Both the position numbers and the translations under genes were made by a program. DNA of 64,000 bases from Candidatus Doudnabacteria bacterium (GTDB lineage Bacteria; Patescibacteriota; Doudnabacteria; UBA920). Each line of letters opens with the position of its first letter. Position 1 is the stretch's first letter. Where the stretch lies: assembly GCA_963768175.1 (NCBI GenBank), contig CAVYGQ010000001.1, forward strand, positions 446,305-510,304. Direction: 5' to 3'. The notes beneath the pieces were generated by a model. It saw only the letters and a program-made list of their open reading frames with translations. It made no database searches and was not told the DNA's origin. Below are positions 37,981-47,577 of this stretch, one piece after another.

Positions 37981-38835
37981 CTAACCACCCAAACAAGCAT
38001 TATAAGCTTTAACTTCGGCGTTATATTGGCTTGTAACCAATTTTAAAGTATCAACTTTATTATTGTAAATTCCCACCATACTGTTAAAGCTCGCCACGGT
38101 TTGGTTGTAAGCGTTAAAATCGCTCTGGGTTTGGGGATTTGCGGAATCTAATTGGCTTTTAAGCAGCGAAAGTTGCGGGTTAAGCTGATTAATGTCCGCC
38201 TGCAGGCTGTCTATCTGCGATTTTAAATTTAAATCAACGCTCGGACAACTGCTGGCCGGCTTGCCGAATTCCTGCACCGCCAGCCACGTTTGGTGACCTT
38301 GATATGTTCCCTGGCCCACGGCCACGCCGATTTCCTGGAATTTTACGTTCAAAATGTTGGCCCGATGGCCGGGGCTTTGCATCCAAGCGGTCAAAAGATC
38401 CCGGTCGTCGGTAAAGTTGCCCAGCGCCAAATTTTCTCCTTCGGAAATAAAATTATATCCGGCCTGTTTGGCTAAATCGCCGGGACCGACCCCTTGCGGA
38501 TTTATGTGCTCAAAATACTGCTGCTTAAACATATCCTGAAGCTTAGTTTGCGCCGCCTTGTCCAGCTGCTGATTTTCCGTTAACGCAGGCAGGTTACCGT
38601 TTTGTTGGCGGTCGGTATTTGTCCAAAGAATTACGCCGGCGCGGGTTAAATAGGAATTTGGGTTATCCTGTTGGCCTATAAGCGGCGGCGGGGTTAAAAT
38701 TTCCTGGGTAATTTGGCTGACTTCGGGGGTCTTGGATATTTCCGGCAGTTTTAAAAAAAATTTTTGCGCGGCAAAGCGGTAATACCAAACAGCGGCGGCA
38801 AAAATTAAAACGACGACGATAAAAAACTTTTTCAT
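37981..38835 (-). CDS. CAP (SCP) domain protein with coiled-coil tail
   Basis: YFEH, GENLA, WMQSPGHRANIL, EIGVAV motifs. Confidence 0.9.
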   Translation of the reverse strand: MKKFFIVVVLIFAAAVWYYRFAAQKFFLKLPEISKTPEVSQITQEILTPPPLIGQQDNPNSYLTRAGVILWTNTDRQQNGNLPALTENQQLDKAAQTKLQDMFKQQYFEHINPQGVGPGDLAKQAGYNFISEGENLALGNFTDDRDLLTAWMQSPGHRANILNVKFQEIGVAVGQGTYQGHQTWLAVQEFGKPASSCPSVDLNLKSQIDSLQADINQLNPQLSLLKSQLDSANPQTQSDFNAYNQTVASFNSMVGIYNNKVDTLKLVTSQYNAEVKAYNACLGG

Positions 38836-38861
38836 AATTACGCCGTTATTTAATATTATCT

Positions 38862-39080
38862 TTACTTAACAACCTGCTGGACAAAAAATTTTCCGTTGGG
38901 CAGAGTACACTCGGGCGGATAGCTTTGCATTACTGGATAGCCCGCCGCGGCGCATTGCTCAAAATTGCTTATTGGCTTGGAGTGTTTATTTTTTGCAAGA
39001 AAAAAAATAATCACGCCTAAAGCGGCCAAAATTACGAGAAAAATCCCAGTATAAACCCTGACATCACTGCGCATTTCCAT
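38862..39080 (-). CDS. Small membrane protein with ISNFEQCAAAGYPVMQSYPPEC domain
   Basis: 72 aa; TM helix plus a Cys-pair domain. Confidence 0.75.
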   Translation of the reverse strand: MEMRSDVRVYTGIFLVILAALGVIIFFLAKNKHSKPISNFEQCAAAGYPVMQSYPPECTLPNGKFFVQQVVK

Positions 39081-39127
39081 AAAATGCTATAACTTAATAA
39101 TTTTGCTGTTGCTAACTAATGGCTTTA

Positions 39128-39748
39128 TTAATAAGTCAATTTAACATAAAAAGTGAGAAATGTATCCTGTTGATTTTTATCTTTTGGTGGGCGCTTGGAC
39201 ATTTCCAAAATTTTAAAACCGGCACCCCTTAAAATTTCCGCAAATTCGTCCTGCAAATAATAAACAAAATGCCTTTTCTGCCCGCTCTGCTGCCATTCAA
39301 CCATTTTTTCACCAACCCCTGCCTTAATAGCAATAAACCCCACTCCTCCGGGTTTTAATAAAGCTTTAATCTTTTGCAAGATTAGCTTAATTTTTGTTTT
39401 TGGAATATGCAAAAGGGAACAAGCCGACCAAAAGCCGTCAAAACTTTGCGGGGGAAAGTTTAAGTCGTAAAAACTCTGATTTAAGAATAAAGCCTTAGGG
39501 TTTTTGGCGGAGGCTAATTTTATCATCGCTTTTGAAATATCAACTCCCACGTAATAGTATCCATTACCCAAAAACCACAGGCTGTCCCGCCCGCTACCGC
39601 ATCCCAAGTCTATAATTTTACCGCTGGGCAAATATTTTTGGAATTTTCCATACTGATCTTGCCAAAAATCATCACGCCGAGTGAAACTCCAGGCGCTTGC
39701 AATTTTATTGTAAGTATTGAGAGTAACCTGCTCTTCGGCCGAAAGCAT
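39128..39748 (-). CDS. Class I SAM-dependent methyltransferase
   Basis: IIDLGCGSGRD, FDGFWSACSLLH, LKPGG; start re-placed at MLSAEE. Confidence 0.88.
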   Translation of the reverse strand: MLSAEEQVTLNTYNKIASAWSFTRRDDFWQDQYGKFQKYLPSGKIIDLGCGSGRDSLWFLGNGYYYVGVDISKAMIKLASAKNPKALFLNQSFYDLNFPPQSFDGFWSACSLLHIPKTKIKLILQKIKALLKPGGVGFIAIKAGVGEKMVEWQQSGQKRHFVYYLQDEFAEILRGAGFKILEMSKRPPKDKNQQDTFLTFYVKLTY

Positions 39749-39776
39749 AAAATATTTTAGTTCTACAATTGCCGCT

Positions 39777-41066
39777 TTACTTAAGTATGGCGGCAATCCC
39801 CTCTCGCGATGCTTCTGTTTCTGTAGATTTTGCCAAATTTTTTACTTTGTACTTGCCACTTTTTACTTCCTCCTCCCCCACCACCAGCACGAACGGGATT
39901 TTTTCCTTGTCCGCGGTTTTTACCTGGGCGGAAACTTTGCGGTCGGTTAAATCGACAGCGACATTCACGCCTTGCTTGCGGAGATCGGCGGCTAACTGAT
40001 TTGCGGCTTCCAGATAATTTTCAAGGTGGCAGACGTACAACTTTACCAGCGGATGATATTCCGGCAACAAACCGTGAGTCTCCAAAAAATCGCGGGTGGT
40101 TACGTCTCCCCAGCCAAACCCTACTCCCGGCACTTTTTCCACGCCGAAAATCCCTACCAAATCATCGTACCTCCCGCCGCCGAACAGCGCGCGGTTGTTG
40201 ACAGGGCTGGTATCGTAAAGTTCAAACACGATGCCGGTATAATAATCAAAACCGCGGACCAAAGTCGGATCGTAAACCACGTTCCTAACCCCCGAGGATT
40301 CCAGTTCCCTTAATAAATTATCCAGCTCTTTTGCCCCCTCGCTGTGCGGAATCTTTTCCCCTAGTTCGTCTAAACTTTTCACATACAGCACTTCCATCAG
40401 CATTTTGGTTTTATCGCCCAAGATTTCTTCCGCCCGCTTTAAAAATTCTTCTTTCTTCATTTTACCCATTCGGTCAATCAATTTAGAAGCCTTGTGGGCC
40501 TGCCCGGAATTCAATTTCAGATACTCATCCAACAAATGATTAAGCAACTTGCGGCTGTTTATCCTAATTTCAAAACTTTCATCGCTGGCGCCAAAAGCCT
40601 TCATTATGCCGTAAGCCAAGCTGATAATTTCCACATCGGCGTCAACGGATTCCACGCCAAAAATATCGCAATTAAGCTGCCAATGCTCGCGCAAGCGGCC
40701 ACGCTGGGGACGTTCGTAGCGGAACAAATTGGGGATGGAATACCAGCGTAAAGGAAAAGTCAGCTCTTTGCGCTTTTGGGCAACCATGCGGGCAACTGTG
40801 GGCGTCATTTCCGGACGGATGGTCACGTCGCGCCCGCCGCGGTCAATAAAAGAATAAGTTTGCTCGTTGACAATTTCCTCGCCGGTTTTTGCCCGGTAAA
40901 GTTCGGTCTCTTCTAAAATAGAAGCGCCATACTCCAAATACCCGTAGCTTTCGGCCACTTTGCGCCAAATACTAAAAATATAATTCTGCACAAATTGGTC
41001 TTGGGGATAAAAATCCCGCGTGCCTTTATAAGGCTCCAGTGAGAGTTTTTTTGCTTTTGTTTCCAT
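39777..41066 (-). CDS. hisS: Histidyl-tRNA synthetase
   Basis: KGTRDFY, RPEMT, FRYERPQRGRLRE, RGFDYYTG, GGGRYD motifs. Confidence 0.97.
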   Translation of the reverse strand: METKAKKLSLEPYKGTRDFYPQDQFVQNYIFSIWRKVAESYGYLEYGASILEETELYRAKTGEEIVNEQTYSFIDRGGRDVTIRPEMTPTVARMVAQKRKELTFPLRWYSIPNLFRYERPQRGRLREHWQLNCDIFGVESVDADVEIISLAYGIMKAFGASDESFEIRINSRKLLNHLLDEYLKLNSGQAHKASKLIDRMGKMKKEEFLKRAEEILGDKTKMLMEVLYVKSLDELGEKIPHSEGAKELDNLLRELESSGVRNVVYDPTLVRGFDYYTGIVFELYDTSPVNNRALFGGGRYDDLVGIFGVEKVPGVGFGWGDVTTRDFLETHGLLPEYHPLVKLYVCHLENYLEAANQLAADLRKQGVNVAVDLTDRKVSAQVKTADKEKIPFVLVVGEEEVKSGKYKVKNLAKSTETEASREGIAAILK

Positions 41067-41172
41067 AAAAAAATACCTTTGACACTATAAGTATATCCAA
41101 GAATGGGCTTTTTTACAAACTGGAAGAGGTGTCCCCTCTTCCAGTTTAATTTTATGATATAATAAATAATTT

Positions 41173-41616
41173 TTACGCCAACAAATTCAAATCCCCGTTT
41201 AAAACCACTGGCTGCATTCCTAAAACCTCTTCTTTCCAGGCTGTTTCGGGAATCGGATTTAACAGATAAATTTTTTTGCCGAGATGAAAGGCCAAACCCA
41301 TTTCCATTAAAGTATTGGGGCCAATATAATTGGTAATGCCATTTTTGTCAAAATTCGCGACCAGTATGGCCTCCGACCATTCCACTTTGTTAAAATGGGC
41401 ATGAATCCTCAAGGAATGATTTTTTAAAAATGCCGGGTCGCTAAACGGCTGGGTTTTTTTAAACTTATGGTAATCCGCGGTTTGCCAGAGTTTCCCGTCG
41501 CCATCCGTAAATTTTGTCGGCAACGATTTGGCTTCATGCCCCAATTTGTTTAATTGTTCGGCCACGGCTTCCATCTCCTTAACAAAAGCCGCACTGCCAC
41601 AAATGGTGATTTTCAT
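41173..41616 (-). CDS. Nucleoside 2-deoxyribosyltransferase-like fold protein
   Basis: MKITICGS, YIGPNTLMEMGLA..LGKKIY motifs. Confidence 0.65.
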   Translation of the reverse strand: MKITICGSAAFVKEMEAVAEQLNKLGHEAKSLPTKFTDGDGKLWQTADYHKFKKTQPFSDPAFLKNHSLRIHAHFNKVEWSEAILVANFDKNGITNYIGPNTLMEMGLAFHLGKKIYLLNPIPETAWKEEVLGMQPVVLNGDLNLLA

Positions 41617-42160
41617 AAAAATAATTTTCTGTCATCGGATGGGTTTTTATATTCCCCCGATTTGCTTTCGCGGTGGCTAATAGCTTTATCAATAATGGAA
41701 ATGTCTTTAACAGGGCTTGTAAAAATTTTGTCCTTGATAGTTTTAATATCTTCTACTTGCTCGACAATAAAATCGGAAAAAGTGTGCAAAAACGGATGCA
41801 TCCAGTCTTTTACTTTATACTTATTTTGGAACATCACATTCGACCGGCGATGATAGGAATTTTTAGGCAAAACTGTAATTACCGGTTTGTGAAAATATTT
41901 GGCAATAATAATTTCGTGTGCCGTACCAACGCCCAACCGTTCTTCCGCGTTTACGATAACCAAATCGGAATACTTGATGCTCCGGCTGTCTTTGCCCACA
42001 ATCAACAAAAAATCACTTTCGTCCATATCCCCGGCTCCGGAAGCACAAATTCGGCGTCCAGAAATTTTTCCAAAGCAGCTTTATACCTCAAACGCCAATT
42101 CACAAAAGTTTTTTCTTCTTCCGCGCCCTTTGGCACACTGCCGGCTAAATAAATTTTCAT
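41613..42160 (-). pseudogene. Nucleoside deoxyribosyltransferase-like gene with an apparent 1-nt frameshift near 42035
   Basis: MKIYLAGSVPKG... from ATG 42160 is out of frame with the GVGTAHE-containing ORF 41613..42026. Confidence 0.6.
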
Positions 42161-42401
42161 ATTGAGATATTTGGAACAGGTTATGGAATGATGTTCGGAC
42201 GGAAATAACTAAAATAATTAGCTTTTATGGCCAGCCTTATAAAACTAACTAATTTTTCTTTATTGGATCCGTAATAGGATTATTTATATTTATTCTGGCC
42301 GGTTTGATACCAAAATAGGATAGTTAATGACCTTAGAACCCATCTTGCGGCTGCCACTGAAAGGTTTTATATGCCTAATCTAAAGCCATCAGCTAATAGT
42401 A

Positions 42402-42987
42402 TTAATTTTTAAATTCAAAACTATCAATTACTTGTTTCCAAAATTCATTTTCGGAAAAATTATCTTTTTTTGTCATTCCCGTAACTATTATTCTGACCGC
42501 ATAATTTTCACCGTAAAATTGATAACCAGAATACGGAGCTAATGCCACGGTGGTTGGTAAAATTGTGATGCTGTAAGGGATATTGTTAGAGTTCTTTTTG
42601 AATTCTGGCCCCGACAAATTTGGAATTTTGTCATAGTAAAATATCTCGACTTCCATTCTTGGCGTATCGCCAGGCAAGTCCCCTTTCGGGATGCTATTAA
42701 AGAGAACTATGCATTTTTGTTTACTTGTCGCAACCGGAAAAGGCCTATTGAGTTCCTGAAAATAACGGATACTGAAAAATAAAACCGTGCTCTTTCAAAT
42801 AAGGGCAAGAAAAAGTTTGAATAGATAGCGCCTTATTAGATGGATTAGCATTTTCAGAGATGTGTTCATCAAGATCGTGATTTTGAATGCTTTTGCCGGC
42901 GTTCCAAGCAACAAACCATGCCACCCCTATGATTATTATCAAAATAATTAAGACAATATAAATATACATTTTTGTCATTTGTTTCAA
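42402..42987 (-). pseudogene. Membrane-anchored hypothetical protein split by a frameshift in a T-run near 42760
   Basis: ...FQYPLF continues as QELNRPFP...DLPGDTPRME in another frame; AT-rich. Confidence 0.5.
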
Positions 42988-43053
42988 CTTTTAAATAAGT
43001 TCAATCCCCCTGTCAGTATAACAAAAATACCGCTAATTAATAAATGTTCCCTG

Positions 43054-43246
43054 TGGAGCGGAATACCAGAATCGAACTGGCGCCCTTAGCTGCCCCGTCA
43101 CAAATAGATAGTTCGTGGAGCGAGTGAGCAGAATCGAACTGCCGTCTTCAGCTTGGGAAGCTGACATACTACCACTGTACTACACTCGCATCAACATTTG
43201 TGACGGGGCTTGGGAAGCTAATGTACTGCCACTATACTAATTCCGC
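43054..43246 (-). tRNA. tRNA-Gly(CCC), interrupted in the anticodon loop by a 119-nt insert
   Basis: 5' part 43246-43211 (GCGGAAT...TTAGC TT CCC A) plus 3' part 43091-43054 (A GCTAA...TTCGATT...ATTCCGC TCCA) give a perfect 74-nt cloverleaf. Confidence 0.85.
43116..43189 (-). tRNA. tRNA-Gly(CCC), intact, nested inside the interrupted tRNA
   Basis: GCGAGTG/CACTCGC acceptor stem, TCAGC-TT CCC AA-GCTGA anticodon arm, TTCGATT T-loop, encoded CCA. Confidence 0.93.
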
Positions 43247-43257
43247 AAAAATTGGCT

Positions 43258-43293
43258 TGTTGACTTTTTGCGCGGCCGCGCAAAAAGTCAACA
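43258..43293. repeat. Perfect 36-bp palindrome TGTTGACTTTTTGCGCGGCCGCGCAAAAAGTCAACA
   Basis: Same length, TGTT/AACA ends and GCGGCCGC core as the PaaX-flanking palindromes. Confidence 0.85.
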
Positions 43294-43365
43294 AGATATT
43301 TAAAAAATATTTAACAAATTGCCCCACAGCAAGCTACAAGGAAATCTTCTTCATTATAGCAAATT

Positions 43366-43983
43366 TTACTTTGGTTTAATAAGCGGCACAAATACGAATC
43401 CCCAATGATCTTTGGATTTAAAATTGTCCTCGCCAATTTTATCCAGCACCGTAATTTTATCTGTTAAAGGCATCACCAGCCTGCCGCCAACTTTGAGCTG
43501 GGTTTTTAGCGCCTGGGGGATTTCGCCAGCCGAAGCCGATACCAATATGCGGTCATATTGTGCATAGTCTGGCAGGCCGTCCCAGCCCGAACCGATAAAT
43601 AATTTAATATTTTTCGGTTTATACTTTTCCAAATTTTTCCGCCCGAAATCGTAAATTTCCGGAAAAAGCTCCAACCCGAAAATTTTGCCTTTGCTCCCCA
43701 CGATTTTGGAAAGCATGGCCGTAGTCCAGCCGCTGCCAAAGCCGACATCCAAAACTTTTTGTCCGGGCTTGGCTTCCAGTAAATCCAGCATAAACGCCAC
43801 GGTATAAGGCTGAGAAATTGTCTGGCCAAATTCCAGCGTCAAGGGGTGGTTTTCGTAAGCCATACTTTTTAAATCGGCCGGCACAAAATCCTTGCGGTCA
43901 ATTTCTTTGAACGCGCGCAAAACCCGCGGGTTCTGCAAAACCCTTTCGTTTAATAGGTCTTTGATTAGTTCCAGCCTCTCCAT
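43366..43983 (-). CDS. pcm: Protein-L-isoaspartate O-methyltransferase
   Basis: GQTISQPYTV, VLDVGFGSGW, YDRILVSA, FVFVPLI motifs. Confidence 0.93.
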   Translation of the reverse strand: MERLELIKDLLNERVLQNPRVLRAFKEIDRKDFVPADLKSMAYENHPLTLEFGQTISQPYTVAFMLDLLEAKPGQKVLDVGFGSGWTTAMLSKIVGSKGKIFGLELFPEIYDFGRKNLEKYKPKNIKLFIGSGWDGLPDYAQYDRILVSASAGEIPQALKTQLKVGGRLVMPLTDKITVLDKIGEDNFKSKDHWGFVFVPLIKPK

Positions 43984-44010
43984 ACTGTTATTTTAGAATA
44001 ACTGTGGATT

Positions 44011-44038
44011 TTGACAACCTCTAACATTCGTGTAGAAT
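44011..44038 (+). promoter_or_regulatory. sigma70-like promoter of ppcA
   Basis: TTGACA-16 bp-TAGAAT. Confidence 0.6.
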
Positions 44039-44085
44039 TTAAAAGGATTGTGATTAAGCCCGATTGATATCAAAATTACCCATAA

Positions 44086-45603
44086 ATGTCTAAAGTCCAA
44101 CGCAAAATCCCGGCCACCATGGCCACCCAGCACCCCGACCACGCGGCTCGGCCATTTTGGCACAAAGAAAGCTTTATCCCTGCCATGGAAGAGGCCAGGG
44201 AATTATTTTTGTCTTTTGCCGATTTGGGCATTTCCGAATACATGTGGGATTGGGAAGGCAAGCTGGTTGACGAATCTATTCTGGAACGGCTGTACGGAGA
44301 AAAATATAACTTTTTCAAAAAGCTCCCTCTGGGGAAAGAAAAATTTTTAACTTTCCGACTGCCAAATTCCAAAGTGGAAAATGAGTTCCGGCTGGGGCGC
44401 GCGCTTATAGGCATGCTGTCCAGCGCAAGCATGGCCAAAAAAGTCGGCATGCACTCTCCCCCGCTGTTTGAGGTAATATTGCCTATGACCGAATCAGCCT
44501 CGGAAATGATAAGCGTCCAGGAAGCATTTGCCGAAATCGCCAACTTAAAACATCCGCTGAACAAATTCCAAAAAAATCTGCTTTCCCATATTTTGCTTAT
44601 CCCGCTGTTTGAACAGGTCCATACAATCATCAACTCCGACAGGATTTTGGAACGCTATCTAGTTTTGCATAAAAAGATTTTTGGCTCCAAACCAGAATAT
44701 ATGCGCCCTTTTGTGGCGCGCTCCGATCCGGCGTTAAACTCCGGGCTGGTGCCTACTGTTTTGGCCATTAAAATCGCCCTTGCCCGGTACAAAAAATTTG
44801 CCAAAAAACATAACATTGCCCTTTATCCGGTCATTGGCTGCGGGGCTTTGCCGTTCCGCGGCGGGCTGTACCCTTTAAGGCCGGAAAGGTTTCTGCATGA
44901 ATACAAAGGCATCAGGACCGTTACCATCCAAAGCGCTTTTAGATATGACTATCCCAAACCTACGGTTATAAAAGCAATTAAAGTTTTAGAGAAAGGGCTG
45001 CCTAAAGGGCAGGCGGCGGACATAACGCCGGCGGAAGAGGTTAGGCTGATAAAATCGATTAAAACTTTTGAATCCGCTTATCGGCAAAGCGTGGAAAAAA
45101 TCGCGCCGCTGATTAACGATTTAGCCAAACATTTGCCCAAAAGGCGCGAGCGCGTCCAGCATATTGGATTGTTTGGCTACAGCCGCGGCTTGGGCAAAGT
45201 CAGCCTGCCACGAGCTATTAGTTTTACCGCAGTGCTGTATTCTTTGGGCGTGCCGCCGGAATTAATCGGCACCGGCCGCGGCCTGGCCGCCGCGCGCAAA
45301 GCCGGCACGCTTCCTTTGGTGGAAAAATACTATATTAATTTAAAACATGATTTATACTTTGCCGGAAAATTCCTGTACAAACCGGGTCTTATAAATTTGG
45401 CCAAAAAATTTCCCGCCTGGAAAGGTATTTTAAAAGATGTGGAGGAAATAGAAAAATATTCGGGCAAACCGCTCGCGCCCAAATATTTGAACGAACAGGA
45501 GCACCAGCTGATTTCCGCGCGCGTCCATCAAAACTTTAAAAACGGCAAAAATCTGACCCGCTTAATTGAACAAAGTGCGATTCTGCGGCATAGCATGGGG
45601 TAG
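44086..45603 (+). CDS. ppcA: Phosphoenolpyruvate carboxylase, archaeal type
   Basis: IPATMATQHPDH, MWDWEGK, ARSDPALNSG, GALPFRGG, TIQSAFRYD, LPRAI motifs; 505 aa. Confidence 0.93.
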   Translation: MSKVQRKIPATMATQHPDHAARPFWHKESFIPAMEEARELFLSFADLGISEYMWDWEGKLVDESILERLYGEKYNFFKKLPLGKEKFLTFRLPNSKVENEFRLGRALIGMLSSASMAKKVGMHSPPLFEVILPMTESASEMISVQEAFAEIANLKHPLNKFQKNLLSHILLIPLFEQVHTIINSDRILERYLVLHKKIFGSKPEYMRPFVARSDPALNSGLVPTVLAIKIALARYKKFAKKHNIALYPVIGCGALPFRGGLYPLRPERFLHEYKGIRTVTIQSAFRYDYPKPTVIKAIKVLEKGLPKGQAADITPAEEVRLIKSIKTFESAYRQSVEKIAPLINDLAKHLPKRRERVQHIGLFGYSRGLGKVSLPRAISFTAVLYSLGVPPELIGTGRGLAAARKAGTLPLVEKYYINLKHDLYFAGKFLYKPGLINLAKKFPAWKGILKDVEEIEKYSGKPLAPKYLNEQEHQLISARVHQNFKNGKNLTRLIEQSAILRHSMG

Positions 45604-45698
45604 AGTTAACTAATAACCAATAATTTATAACAATAACTGGACATCCTATATTTTGAGGGATATCGGGGAGCGTGCTTGCGCGCTCCCCGACTAGCCGA

Positions 45699-45920
45699 CT
45701 ACGCCGCCACTGCCCAAGACACAAACTGGACTGGGTTCTCCGCGAGGTACTTTCCTTTCGAAACAACGCTACCAGACGGCAGCTCTACCGTTTGGTGGCC
45801 GCAATTCGGGCATACCAACCCTATGGGACCACCCACACAGCTGTTCTCGTGCACCAAGTGGTGCGAACTTCCACCACATTTCGTGCACTTACGTGCTCTG
45901 AATTCTTGTGCGACGATCAA
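45699..45920 (-). CDS. Small zinc-ribbon protein (orphan)
   Basis: CTKC...CPNC; AGGAGG SD before the TTG start. Confidence 0.55.
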   Translation of the reverse strand: MIVAQEFRARKCTKCGGSSHHLVHENSCVGGPIGLVCPNCGHQTVELPSGSVVSKGKYLAENPVQFVSWAVAA

Positions 45921-46161
45921 GGTTCCTCCTTGGACACTATGATAAATTTACGAAGATACCCGCAACCGCTTAATCGCCTAATCCGCCGCGCGGCAGAAAA
46001 GTTACGGACACCAGCCGAAAACCTACCCACTAAAAAAGAGCCCTTTTGCAAGGGCTCTTTGGAAAAATTCCAAATTTAATCAGCCCTTGCTTAGCAAAGG
46101 CATCAACATTCCGCTAAATTGGGCTATTCTGTAATTCATAAGCTTATGTTAATATTAACTT

Positions 46162-47163
46162 ATGATAAAAAAACCGTCAAGTTTATATCACCCCCTAACC
46201 CCCTCTTACATTAAGAGGGGGAAACTCTTGGTTGTCGGCAGCGTGGCGTTTGACAATATACAAACGCCGTTTGGGAAAATAAGCAAAACTTTGGGCGGCA
46301 GCGCCAGCTATTTTTCTTTGGCCGCGAGTTTTTTTACCAAGCCTTACGTGGTGGCCGTGGTGGGGAATGATTTTACCTATAAATACAAGGAAATTTTAAA
46401 AAAGAAAAAAATTGACTTATCGGGATTAGAAACAACCAAAGGCCAAAGCTTTCACTGGGGCGGCAAGTATAGCTTTGATTTAAACAACCGCGATACCCTG
46501 TTTACGCATTTAAACGTCTTTGAACATTTTAAACCCAAACTTTTAGAACACCATAAAACCGCCTCTTATGTGTTTTTAGGTAACATCCACCCAGAACTTC
46601 AGCTTGACGTTTTGAGCCAAATAAAAAAACCAAAACTGGTGGGGCTGGATACCATGAATTTTTGGATAGAAAAAGCGCCACAGGAGCTGGCTAAAGTGTT
46701 AAAGCTGACGGATATTTTTGTGATAAACGATTCCGAAGCGCGGGAACTTTCCGGAGAACATAACTTGATGAAGGCCGCCAGAAAAATAATCAAAATGATG
46801 CCCAAAGGCAGAGGTGTCCCCTCTGCAACAGAGGGGACACCTCTGCCACCCGTGCTAATTATCAAGCGCGGGGAATATGGACTGCTGATGTTCGGCAAAA
46901 ACCAGATTTTCCACTTGCCCGGCTTCCCGCTTGAAGACGTTATAGATCCCACCGGCGCGGGCGACAGCTTTGCCGGCGGACTTTTTGGCTACCTAAGCAA
47001 AACCGAAGACAGCTCCTGGGAAAACCTAAAACGAGCATGTGTAGCCGGTTCGGTATTAGCCAGTTTTGGCGTGGAAAAGCTCGGCACCCAAAGGTTACAA
47101 GAAATAACCCAAAACGACATTAACGAGCGTTTTGGGGAATTTAAAAAATTGACAGATTTTTAA
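46162..47163 (+). CDS. PfkB family carbohydrate kinase
   Basis: LGGSASYF, INDSEA, IKRGEYG, DPTGAGDSFAGG motifs; two in-frame repeat insertions. Confidence 0.92.
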   Translation: MIKKPSSLYHPLTPSYIKRGKLLVVGSVAFDNIQTPFGKISKTLGGSASYFSLAASFFTKPYVVAVVGNDFTYKYKEILKKKKIDLSGLETTKGQSFHWGGKYSFDLNNRDTLFTHLNVFEHFKPKLLEHHKTASYVFLGNIHPELQLDVLSQIKKPKLVGLDTMNFWIEKAPQELAKVLKLTDIFVINDSEARELSGEHNLMKAARKIIKMMPKGRGVPSATEGTPLPPVLIIKRGEYGLLMFGKNQIFHLPGFPLEDVIDPTGAGDSFAGGLFGYLSKTEDSSWENLKRACVAGSVLASFGVEKLGTQRLQEITQNDINERFGEFKKLTDF

Positions 47164-47178
47164 GCTTACTAAAAAATT

Positions 47179-47214
47179 TGTTAGCATAAAATGCGGCCGC
47201 ATTTTATGCTAACA
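47179..47214. repeat. Solo perfect 36-bp palindrome TGTTAGCATAAAATGCGGCCGCATTTTATGCTAACA
   Basis: Consensus of the two PaaX-flanking copies; about 35 kb away from them. Confidence 0.93.
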
Positions 47215-47262
47215 GTCCTGTTTAACAAATATTATAAACGCCGTGGCAGGTGTTTTTTTGTT

Positions 47263-47291
47263 TTGACCAAAACTATTATCAAGAATACAAT
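47263..47291 (+). promoter_or_regulatory. sigma70-like promoter
   Basis: TTGACC-17 bp-TACAAT. Confidence 0.65.
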
Positions 47292-47358
47292 AAACGTATG
47301 TTGGCCTTCTGGCCAGCAATACATCGCTAGCTGATGCTAGCTTTCAGGAGGAACCGAA

Positions 47359-47577
47359 GTGCCATTTCAGGACTTTCCGCCGCTGTCAGGGCCGCCATCA
47401 GGTGAGGCCTTGGCTGCCAAACCCTGGAGGCCCGGCGATACCGTCGGGCGACAACCAGTCATCGATACCGACCATCCCGCTATCGTTCCTGCTGGCACCG
47501 CCAGCCCGAACGTCGGGAAGTGCCGGCCTACCGGCACCGCTACGGGATCGGGGGTTGACCCGCTTCTGATCGGATAA
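47359..47577 (+). CDS. GC-rich Pro-rich orphan peptide
   Basis: AGGAGG SD before GTG; promoter upstream; strong hairpin at about 47658-47692 downstream. Confidence 0.45.
   Translation: MPFQDFPPLSGPPSGEALAAKPWRPGDTVGRQPVIDTDHPAIVPAGTASPNVGKCRPTGTATGSGVDPLLIG

Noticed and set aside
43092-43210. Group I intron in tRNA-Gly
   Set aside because: Only 119 nt, 74 of which are a tRNA, leaving no room for a ribozyme core
45672-46079. Plus-strand ORFs of 135 aa and 88 aa
   Set aside because: No recognisable motifs; the minus-strand zinc-ribbon ORF with an SD site is better supported
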